DNA of 30,992 nt. Source: a virus (lineage: Duplodnaviria > Caudoviricetes). Both the position numbers and the translations under genes were made by a program. Location of the stretch: positions 1 to 30,992 of IMG/VR virus record IMGVR_UViG_3300030372_000355, one strand, 5' to 3'. Under the pieces are notes generated by a model. That model did not search any database. It saw only the letters and a program-made list of their open reading frames with translations, and had not been told where the DNA came from. Positions 1 to 6,748 of this stretch are shown here, in pieces (within the stretch, counting starts at the first letter, position 1; every line of letters begins with the position of its first letter).

Positions 1-234
1 ACCCATGTCTCCTAAACAGACACCGCAAAACATTTTAGAATTTATTGGGAGTTTTCTTCTTTGTTCTTGTGTAAGATATAAATATTTATAGCTCCACAGA
101 CAATCCATAGTATTTAATTGTGAAGGCGACCAATGATTAAGTTTATAAAGTTCTACCCACTCTGGCAGATCTTTAATGTTATCTAAAAAATCATCTGTAA
201 TTTCTTTTGCGATCGCTTGTTCTTTTGTAATCAT
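1..234 (-). CDS. PD-(D/E)XK (RecB/Cas4-like) exonuclease, N-terminal part; runs off the window edge
   Basis: Not in the ORF track. Manual translation from the ATG at 234 gives MITKEQAIAKEITDDFLDNIKDLPEWVELYKLNHWSPSQLNTMDCLWSYKYLYLTQEQRRKLPINSKMFCGVCLGDMG... The H-x-SPSQL...C-x-W-x-YKY motif is typical of the N-terminus of phage PDDEXK_1-type nucleases. Confidence 0.65.
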   Translation of the reverse strand, partial: MITKEQAIAKEITDDFLDNIKDLPEWVELYKLNHWSPSQLNTMDCLWSYKYLYLTQEQRRKLPINSKMFCGVCLGDMG

Positions 235-254
235 AAAACAAATAAACTTTATTG

Positions 255-269
255 GAACGATTTATGAAC
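255..269. promoter_or_regulatory. Alphaproteobacterial LexA (SOS) box GAAC-N7-GAAC
   Basis: GAAC GATTTAT GAAC is an exact match to the alphaproteobacterial consensus. It lies 21 bp upstream of the leftward nuclease ATG and overlaps the predicted -10. Confidence 0.7.
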
Positions 270-289
270 AAAATTAGTCTTATTGGCAA
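261..289 (-). promoter_or_regulatory. Leftward early promoter with overlapping repressor operator (PL/OL-like)
   Basis: On the minus strand, TTGCCA (289-284) is followed 17 bp later by CATAAA (266-261). The 15-mer TTGCCAATAAGACTA (289-275) matches the operator TTGCCAATAAGGTTA at 1177-1191 at 13/15 positions. Confidence 0.5.
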
Positions 290-338
290 ACATTATTACC
301 AAAAATGTTTAACTCCTGGTTGTGAAGATTGGGGATAA

Positions 339-1052
339 TTAAATATTTAGATTAAATTTTGGAAAAAAAGACATTTTTTGTGGCGCACAAACTTTAATCC
401 ATTCTGGAGGGATACCAGTAGATTTTTTATTAAACGGCAAATTAGTTTTAGGGTGTAATAAATCTAATGTGTAGTTAGGCGTGCTTTCATTAATTTTAAC
501 TAAAGCAACAATGGGAGTGCAACCTTCTTTAGCTGCTTTATTATTTGGTTCTAAATAACAAATTTTATTAATACTATCTTCATGGAAACCTTCATAATCA
601 TTTTTTAAACCATATCTTTCAAACAGCAAAATTTCTCCATGATGTTGACTACCAATTTTAAAAAATTTTACTGCTTTTGTCTCTGGTGTATAAAAACCAC
701 CAGGAACTATTACATCATGGTAATATCTTTTTGTAATATCTTTAACCATAAAACTATCATCTGTATAAGAATGAATTTGTATTGAATTTAATTTTTTAGG
801 CGGAAATAATATTGCAGCTGGATCACATTTTAAAATTTTTGCAATTTCAATAGCATTTTCTGGTGTAATTTGTCTTTCGTAATTAACCCAACGATTTACA
901 GTAACAATATTTTTTTGTAACTTTTGTGCTAGTTCTTTTTGAGACATACCCACTTGGGTTATCTTCTCTTTCAAAAAATTCATGTCTGAACTAATACCCT
1001 TTTTGTTCTTGCTATTTGAAATATTAGTTATGTCTGTAACATTATTTACCAT
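339..1052 (-). CDS. CI-like XRE-family HTH repressor
   Basis: N-terminal HTH (MSQKELAQKLQKNIVTVNRWVNYERQITPENAIEIAKIL) and divergent from a Cro-like gene. The C-terminal domain has no recognisable S24 peptidase Ser/Lys motifs. Confidence 0.85.
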   Translation of the reverse strand: MVNNVTDITNISNSKNKKGISSDMNFLKEKITQVGMSQKELAQKLQKNIVTVNRWVNYERQITPENAIEIAKILKCDPAAILFPPKKLNSIQIHSYTDDSFMVKDITKRYYHDVIVPGGFYTPETKAVKFFKIGSQHHGEILLFERYGLKNDYEGFHEDSINKICYLEPNNKAAKEGCTPIVALVKINESTPNYTLDLLHPKTNLPFNKKSTGIPPEWIKVCAPQKMSFFPKFNLNI

Positions 1053-1060
1053 AATGGCAA
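1046..1060. promoter_or_regulatory. Putative operator (imperfect palindrome TTACCA-TAA-TGGCAA)
   Basis: 15-bp inverted repeat overlapping the repressor start codon. Related copies at 1177-1191, 1194-1208 and 275-289. Confidence 0.6.
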
Positions 1061-1087
1061 CGTAATAATTATTTTAATATCTGTCAA
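1059..1087 (-). promoter_or_regulatory. PRM-like promoter for the repressor, predicted leaderless mRNA
   Basis: Minus strand TTGACA (1087-1082), 17-bp spacer, TACGTT (1064-1059). The predicted +1 falls on the ATG at 1052. Confidence 0.6.
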
Positions 1088-1176
1088 TTAAATTTATTTA
1101 AGTGGTAATTAATTTAACAACTGTGGGTATTTGTGGATAGTTAGTGGTATAAACACAACATATATGGTTAAAGCTA

Positions 1177-1208
1177 TTGCCAATAAGGTTATATTTCCAT
1201 AATGACAA
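1177..1208 (+). promoter_or_regulatory. PR-like promoter overlapped by two tandem operators
   Basis: TTGCCA (1177-1182), 17 bp, TAATGA (1200-1205), with +1 near the Cro ATG at 1212. Operators TTGCCA-ATA-AGGTTA (1177-1191) and TTTCCA-TAA-TGACAA (1194-1208). Confidence 0.55.
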
Positions 1209-1211
1209 CGC

Positions 1212-1409
1212 ATGGGATTAGAAAAATTTAGAATAAGCAAAGGCTTATCTTACAAAAAACTAGCAGATTTGATTGGAATTGGTGGGGTTTCTCCAGCAAC
1301 GACTACTTTTAGGTGGTGCAAGGGATCCAGAATGCCTGGTCGTAATTGGATGAAAATTATTAAAGAAAAAACCAAAGGCAAAGTTCAGCCGTCTAGTTTT
1401 TATGAGTAA
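1212..1409 (+). CDS. Cro-like small HTH regulator
   Basis: 65 aa with an HTH pattern (LSYKKLADLIG...TTFRWCKGSRMP...IKEKTKGKVQPSSFY), divergent from the repressor. Confidence 0.85.
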   Translation: MGLEKFRISKGLSYKKLADLIGIGGVSPATTTFRWCKGSRMPGRNWMKIIKEKTKGKVQPSSFYE

Positions 1410-1686
1410 AAAAAAAGTATTAACTGGTTCTATTGATGACTATCCATTTGTGGAGGTTAAATGGTTTGATACGTTAGCCGATAATTCGTGGATGAGTGTT
1501 GATAAGGCTAAAAAGTTAAAACCCGCTATCTGTATATCAAAGGGTCATAGATTAATTCACACTAAAAATTTAATTACAATTTTTGCTGACTATTCTATTG
1601 ATGCTGAAGATGGAAGTTTAACAGTAGGTAACACCAACACTATTCCTGGTGCTTGGGTTCAAGAAGTTACGGAGATTACTTTTTAA
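1402..1686 (+). CDS. Phage hypothetical protein
   Basis: 94-aa ORF overlapping the end of cro. The VEVKWxD...W...S-x-G...IP pattern resembles small beta-rich marine phage proteins. Confidence 0.7.
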   Translation: MSKKKVLTGSIDDYPFVEVKWFDTLADNSWMSVDKAKKLKPAICISKGHRLIHTKNLITIFADYSIDAEDGSLTVGNTNTIPGAWVQEVTEITF

Positions 1687-1922
1687 TGGTCGATCAAACT
1701 AAATGGGGAATATCTGATTTACAAACAGAAAACAAAGCAAGAGCAAAAGAAAAAAAGGATTTCCAAATTAAAATAGAAGGTTTGAAAAAAGAAATAGATC
1801 GGCTTTCAGAAGAAAACGCTAACGTCAAGTTACTTAATAAAAATTTAAGCAAAGAAAATAAAGATCTTACTAAAAAATTAGACGATCAAGTTAAAGAATT
1901 TAGAAATAAAGGGGATATGTAG
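1686..1922 (+). CDS. Coiled-coil hypothetical protein (start revised to ATG 1686)
   Basis: TAATG stop/start overlap with the upstream gene. Heptad-rich, K/E-rich sequence. Confidence 0.7.
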   Translation: MVDQTKWGISDLQTENKARAKEKKDFQIKIEGLKKEIDRLSEENANVKLLNKNLSKENKDLTKKLDDQVKEFRNKGDM

Positions 1923-2323
1923 TGGCCAGGGGAAGTTTAAAAAATAATTATTTTAATGTTGGCGATCCTTATTCAGAGTGGTGCAGAGAAAATCAAGTTT
2001 ATATGATTGATATGGATGCAGTTGGGATTTGCAAAAGGTGTAAACATCCATTGTATCTAGCCGAGACTTGTTTTGATCGGGGCCAAACCTGGAAGGCGAC
2101 AGCTACTACTGAAGCGTTAGCAAATTTAGCTAGTTTACCTTCATTCCTGGTTTTTTATAAAGTTGATGAAAAAAGAGAGCTTGAGAGCTTTCGAATTACG
2201 CAGCTCACACCAATAAAAGGTAATGAAACTTATTTATTACCAGAAGGTTGGTATCAAGTATTGGAGCTGCTCCAGGAACGCCACGATTTAATTTGTACTA
2301 AAAAAGATAGGAACGTGCTTTAA
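1922..2323 (+). CDS. Hypothetical protein with CxxC, possibly restriction-endonuclease-like fold
   Basis: GTG start overlaps the upstream stop. IDMDAVGICKRCKHPLYLAET resembles a D-x-D...E-x-K-type nuclease core with a CxxC insert. Confidence 0.55.
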   Translation: MARGSLKNNYFNVGDPYSEWCRENQVYMIDMDAVGICKRCKHPLYLAETCFDRGQTWKATATTEALANLASLPSFLVFYKVDEKRELESFRITQLTPIKGNETYLLPEGWYQVLELLQERHDLICTKKDRNVL

Positions 2324-2907
2324 TGAGTTATTTCTTTGTAGGCGATTTAAACATATTAAAGGATAAAAGATTAACACCTATAGATCGATTAGTTTATTTC
2401 AGCCTGGTTTCATTTATGAGTAGTAAGGATGGCAAATGTTATCCACGTTATGCCACCATTAAGCGCGATCTAGGGGTGTCTAAGGCATCTATTAACAGAT
2501 CCATTAAACACCTTGCCAAACTAAAATTGATAACAGTAAAACGCTTATCATCGACAAATCTTTACTTATTAACGCAGCAAGCGGAGCTGGAGAAAAACCG
2601 CTTAAAACGGCTGAAGTCTCAATTTGAGAGGAGTGATGTCTCAGAAAGACATTTATTAATAAAACCATCCTTATATAACTATAATGCTAGGAATGTTAAT
2701 AAGTATCAAAGAGCTAAATTTATCTCCCCCCCAGCCGCTAATCATTCTAAATCAACATTAGAGTATCAAGGCGAGAAATACGAGTATTGCGGGGAATTTG
2801 GTAATTATATTGAATATAGAAACAAAAGCGGAGACAAGGTTGCCAAACATAAGTGGAAAGACGAACCTATAAAAAAGTTTAATGCCATCGAAAAGGTGGC
2901 TTCTTGA
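2323..2907 (+). CDS. Replication initiator-like winged-HTH protein (HTH_36 type)
   Basis: LTPIDRLVYFSL...CYPRYATIKRDLGVSKASINRSIKHLAKLKLI...TNLYLL is a typical phage replication protein N-terminus. Confidence 0.75.
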   Translation: MSYFFVGDLNILKDKRLTPIDRLVYFSLVSFMSSKDGKCYPRYATIKRDLGVSKASINRSIKHLAKLKLITVKRLSSTNLYLLTQQAELEKNRLKRLKSQFERSDVSERHLLIKPSLYNYNARNVNKYQRAKFISPPAANHSKSTLEYQGEKYEYCGEFGNYIEYRNKSGDKVAKHKWKDEPIKKFNAIEKVAS

Positions 2908-3308
2908 AGTTAAGGTGCGTAAAAATTATGAGTATCCTGGATGAAGCTGGCTTGGCTGAACGCTTTATGCCAAAACCTAAAATACCAAAAGCAGCGTCAA
3001 TGTTTGATATTTTGGAGTTTTCTTACGATCCAAAGGATCATGGCTACTATAATTCAAAAAAACTTAAATTAAGAGCAAACACAAAACAAATAAATTGCTG
3101 GGATCTAACAGTAACAGAATTATTACCTCTGGTTGAACTTGAAGATAGAAGAATACTCTGGGCCAGATCCAAAAGATATTCCTGGGTAGCTCTTGGTAAA
3201 ATGTTTGGTTGCCATCGAGTTACGATTAAGAAGAAATACGTCAACGCAGTTTTTAATCTTGAAAGTAAGTTGAATAAAACTCTTATAGACAAGATTGATA
3301 ATATTTAG
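2904..3308 (+). CDS. Putative late transcription regulator (DUF6362/sigma-region-4-like C-terminal HTH)
   Basis: TTG start overlapping the upstream stop with an AAGGTGG SD. C-terminal RRILWARSKRYSWVALGKMFGCHRVTIKKKY HTH. Located just before the packaging genes. Confidence 0.55.
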   Translation: MKLRCVKIMSILDEAGLAERFMPKPKIPKAASMFDILEFSYDPKDHGYYNSKKLKLRANTKQINCWDLTVTELLPLVELEDRRILWARSKRYSWVALGKMFGCHRVTIKKKYVNAVFNLESKLNKTLIDKIDNI

Positions 3309-3311
3309 TAA

Positions 3312-3343
3312 TTGAAAAGGTACAGTTGGATATTAAAATATCC
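3312..3343 (+). promoter_or_regulatory. Candidate late promoter with overlapping palindrome
   Basis: TTGAAA (3312-3317), 16 bp, TAAAAT (3334-3339). Palindrome GGATATT-AA-AATATCC at 3328-3343. Confidence 0.4.
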
Positions 3344-3349
3344 GTAATT

Positions 3350-3604
3350 ATGGCTGGTCATCCACTTAAAAAAATACAATGCGAAAGTATTGCAAGAACA
3401 TCGGGCAAGCAATGTAGAGCAAAAGGGTATTTGATGAAGTCTGGTCATTATCGTTGTAGGTTTCATGGAGGAGCTTCAACGGGAGCTGTTACTTTAGAAG
3501 GTAAATTAATAGCTTACAAAAATTTAAAACAATTTAAAAATTATACAAAAGAACAATTAATACAATGGATCCAAAACAAACAGATGAAATCATCAAGCGT
3601 TTAG
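3350..3604 (+). CDS. HGGxSTG-domain protein (start revised to ATG 3350)
   Basis: C...R-T-S-G-K-Q-C...RCRFHGGASTG signature. This family is commonly found beside terminase genes. Confidence 0.85.
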   Translation: MAGHPLKKIQCESIARTSGKQCRAKGYLMKSGHYRCRFHGGASTGAVTLEGKLIAYKNLKQFKNYTKEQLIQWIQNKQMKSSSV

Positions 3605-3996
3605 AACTTGGCGAACCATTATCAAAAATCACAAAAGACAAGAAGTTACCAGATCAATCAACTGTTTATAAACATTGTAGAGAGAATAAAGATCTTCACG
3701 AAAGAATTATGAATGCCAGGCAAACTGGCGTTTGGACATTGTTGGATAAAATATCAGAAGATATGGAAGTGCCAAAGACACCACAAGAAACACATTTCTT
3801 GAGGGAGAAATATTCGCACATCCGTTGGCTTGCGAGCAAACTTGCAGCTAAAACATTTGGCGATAAAATTCAACAAGACGTTAAACAAGATACGACAATA
3901 ACTGTAAGTTGGGGAAATCCAAATGATATGGTTGAAGCTAAAAAGATTGTGGAAGAAGTACAAACAACATCTGTACCGAGCCTACCAAATGGATAG
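3565..3996 (+). CDS. terS: Terminase small subunit
   Basis: IIKRLELGEPLSKI...LPDQSTVYK...ARQ...RWLASKL..KTFGDK pattern of Sf6-type small terminases, upstream of terL. Confidence 0.8.
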   Translation: MDPKQTDEIIKRLELGEPLSKITKDKKLPDQSTVYKHCRENKDLHERIMNARQTGVWTLLDKISEDMEVPKTPQETHFLREKYSHIRWLASKLAAKTFGDKIQQDVKQDTTITVSWGNPNDMVEAKKIVEEVQTTSVPSLPNG

Positions 3997-4077
3997 ATGG
4001 AGAGTTAAATGAATAAGTGGTAGTTTATCCGTGCTTTCATATTGTGAAAGTGGATCCTCGGGCGCGCGTATGAGTTC

Positions 4078-4092
4078 GAACAAAACAAGAAC
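4078..4092. promoter_or_regulatory. Second LexA-type box GAAC-N7-GAAC
   Basis: GAAC AAAACAA GAAC in the non-coding gap after terS. Confidence 0.5.
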
Positions 4093-4305
4093 ATTAGCCG
4101 TCAACTCCCTGGTTACTCTCTGGTTGGTTCAATAAGATAGAGATTACGTTATTAATCAGTAGGTTTTAGATCTACGACCCATGTTCTCTGCATATAAAAA
4201 TGTAGATTTTGAAAGAACAAAGGTGGGGTATCCCCGAAAATTGGGCCGCGAAATCTAAGAATATATAAGTTGGGAGTTCAACACACAGTCACAGACACAC
4301 ACACT

Positions 4306-4500
4306 ATGAATAAAGATTTTAAAAATAAAATGATAACTGCAATGGTTTTTCTGGCCGAAGATACAAACGGCATGGTTATCCATTTAAACGGATTTGACGA
4401 TCCAAAACACGCAAACTTATTTGTAAAAAAATTAATGAAGAATAGTGGGATTGAGTACAAGTCTATTTTAGACTTAACTGAACTACCCACATTACACTAA
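4306..4500 (+). CDS. Small hypothetical protein (likely start ATG 4306)
   Basis: In-frame ATG within the tracked ORF, giving MNKDFKNKMITAMVFLAEDTNGMVIHLNGFDD...PTLH. Confidence 0.65.
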   Translation: MNKDFKNKMITAMVFLAEDTNGMVIHLNGFDDPKHANLFVKKLMKNSGIEYKSILDLTELPTLH

Positions 4501-4511
4501 CGGGAGGAACT

Positions 4512-4613
4512 ATGGAAAAAATAATTAAAAAATGGAACAGCTGGAGTACAAATAAAAAATCAGCTGTTGTAATAGCTGCTGCTATTATTGTCATTGCTCT
4601 AATTTTACAATAA
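4512..4613 (+). CDS. 33-aa single-pass membrane peptide (not in ORF track)
   Basis: Strong SD GGGAGG and translation MEKIIKKWNSWSTNKKSAVVIAAAIIVIALILQ. Its TAA overlaps the terL ATG (TAATG). Confidence 0.75.
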   Translation: MEKIIKKWNSWSTNKKSAVVIAAAIIVIALILQ

Positions 4614-5893
4614 TGCACATTCAGATACCTTATACACCTCGGCCATTACAAGCGAAGCTGCATGAGGATCTGGATAAACATAGGTTCGCAGTTTTAAATT
4701 GCCATAGAAGATTTGGTAAAACAATCCTGGTTATTCTTCATTTGATTAAGAAAGCTCTTACGAATGATAAAAAGAACCCCAGGTATTATCTGATCGGGCC
4801 AACATTCGTTTCAATAAAACGGGTTTGCTGGGATTATCTAAAGCAATACGCTGGATGTATTCCTGGAACTACATTTAATGAAACTGAGCTGCGTTGCGAC
4901 TTTCCAAATGGCGCAAGAATTACTTTAATGTCTGGAGAGGATCCAGATCGTATCCGTGGAATTTATGCTGATGGAATTTGTGTCGATGAGGTTAGCCAGA
5001 TGAACCCGAAACTTTGGCACGAAATTTTGAGACCCGCTATATCGGATCGTAAAGGGTTTGCATATTTTATTTCTACTCCCGCTGGGATGTCGAATATATT
5101 TTATGATTTATACCAGTACGCATTAAGCGATCCAAGTTGGTTAGCTTATACTGCTAAAGCAAGTGAGACTAAATTAGTAGATCAGCAAGAACTAGACGCT
5201 GCTAAAGCTCAGATGGGGGAGAGTAAATTTTTACAAGAATTTGAGTGCGATTGGGTAGCAAATGTCTCGGGAAGTATTTACGGAGATATAATACAAAGAT
5301 TAGAGGATAATAAACAAATAACCAGGATCGCTTATGATCCATCGCTATTAGTTAATACAGCATGGGATCTAGGTTACGGAGATAATACGGCAATAGTTTT
5401 TTTTCAGCAAGTAGGTAATCAAATAATGATTATCGATTACTATGAAAATAACAAAGAAGGTTTACCGCATTATGTTCAATACATAAAAGATAAAGATTAT
5501 GTTTATGGCGAACACTATGCGCCACACGATATAGAAGTAACAGAATTTAGTAATGGTAAGTCAAGACGAGAAGTTGCTTATCAATTAGGAATAAGATTTA
5601 GGGTACTGCCAAAACTCCCCTTAGAAGATGGGATCCACAGTTTAAAAATGGTTTTACCTAAATGTTGGTTCGATGCAGAAACAACAAAACCATTAATAGC
5701 TGCATTAAGACATCATCATCGAAAGTTTAACGACAAGATGAGAATTTTTAGTGCAAAACCCGTTAAGGATTTTAGCTCACACGCTTGCGATGCTGCAAGG
5801 TATATGGCCATATCTTTATCGGAATTACCAAAACAAAAACTCGCGGATCAGCAAACTGCTGAAAGCGATTATGCAATACACACGGAGAGATAA
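4613..5893 (+). CDS. terL: Terminase large subunit
   Basis: Walker A HRRFGKT, Walker B ICVDEVSQM, ISTPAG coupling motif, RNase H-like AWDLGYGD and HACDAARY. Confidence 0.95.
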   Translation: MHIQIPYTPRPLQAKLHEDLDKHRFAVLNCHRRFGKTILVILHLIKKALTNDKKNPRYYLIGPTFVSIKRVCWDYLKQYAGCIPGTTFNETELRCDFPNGARITLMSGEDPDRIRGIYADGICVDEVSQMNPKLWHEILRPAISDRKGFAYFISTPAGMSNIFYDLYQYALSDPSWLAYTAKASETKLVDQQELDAAKAQMGESKFLQEFECDWVANVSGSIYGDIIQRLEDNKQITRIAYDPSLLVNTAWDLGYGDNTAIVFFQQVGNQIMIIDYYENNKEGLPHYVQYIKDKDYVYGEHYAPHDIEVTEFSNGKSRREVAYQLGIRFRVLPKLPLEDGIHSLKMVLPKCWFDAETTKPLIAALRHHHRKFNDKMRIFSAKPVKDFSSHACDAARYMAISLSELPKQKLADQQTAESDYAIHTER

Positions 5894-5895
5894 TT

Positions 5896-6120
5896 ATGGG
5901 ATTTTTAAAACCAGACCCACCAGCGATGCCAGCTATTCCCGAGCCAAAACCTTTGCCAGAACCACCAAAGGCGGAAGATCCAGAAAGAGAAAGAGAAGCA
6001 GAAGAAAAAAGAGCAAAGATTAGAAGAAATAGAAAAGGAAGATCATCAACAATTTTAACTACTGCTGATGGTTTAGAGGATGACGAATTAACAACTAAAA
6101 AGAAAATGTTAGGAGAATAA
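5896..6120 (+). CDS. Small Pro-rich virion-associated protein (T7 gp6.7/7.3 positional analogue)
   Basis: MGF start, Pro-rich segment and C-terminal KGRSSTILT...KKMLG. Located between terL and portal. Confidence 0.7.
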   Translation: MGFLKPDPPAMPAIPEPKPLPEPPKAEDPEREREAEEKRAKIRRNRKGRSSTILTTADGLEDDELTTKKKMLGE

Positions 6121-6121
6121 T

Positions 6122-6748
6122 ATGGGTGGAGCAAAAGACAGCGGAGCAACTGGTTCAGACGCAGGATTTGAGAATACTCAGAAATCAAAACTGTCAAAAA
6201 AAAATCAAAAGTTAGTTGATACAAGTTTTGATGAAAGAGGTAAAGTTAAATTGGATAATACAAAACTACCTCCTTCTCTTTCTATTTTAAAGGAGCCATT
6301 TAAAGCTGGAACAAAAGTTAATAGAGATTTTTTTACAGATAAAGTTTTAGGTTCTAAAAATTATAAAACAACTTCTAAAAAAGATTTTTTAAACATGACT
6401 GTTAGCCAACAAGAGCAAATCTATGGCGATTACATGAAAGGCAGACAAACTGGTAACACCGATGCTTATGGAAATCCTATTAGCGGTGGCGGTGGCAACG
6501 ATAATAATAACCAACCTATATTAACATCTGCTGCTGAAACTTTACCAGCAAACAATATGACAGCAAACAATATGACAACTACAGCTCCTACAAACGCTGA
6601 AATTACACAAGCTAGTTCAACAACTATGTCTGCTGACGAAATTTTAGTTGCTAATAAGAAAAAGGGTAGATCAGAAACTATTTTAAATAATGCAGATGGT
6701 TTAGGTAATAGTTCTGCTAACACAATGAAAAAAACATTAGGAGCATAG
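6122..6748 (+). CDS. Virion-associated hypothetical protein
   Basis: MGG start and C-terminal KGRSETILN...KKTLG, paralogous to the end of the upstream gene. Directly precedes the portal gene. Confidence 0.7.
   Translation: MGGAKDSGATGSDAGFENTQKSKLSKKNQKLVDTSFDERGKVKLDNTKLPPSLSILKEPFKAGTKVNRDFFTDKVLGSKNYKTTSKKDFLNMTVSQQEQIYGDYMKGRQTGNTDAYGNPISGGGGNDNNNQPILTSAAETLPANNMTANNMTTTAPTNAEITQASSTTMSADEILVANKKKGRSETILNNADGLGNSSANTMKKTLGA
6546..6577 (+). repeat. Perfect 15-bp tandem duplication CAGCAAACAATATGA x2
   Basis: Read directly. Encodes ANNMT ANNMT in frame. Confidence 0.9.

Noticed and set aside
5751-6023. Alternative + frame ORF (also 13108-13311, 23416-23637, 25975-26232, 28887-29147)
   Set aside because: Out-of-frame overlaps of confident genes, without an SD or protein-like features.
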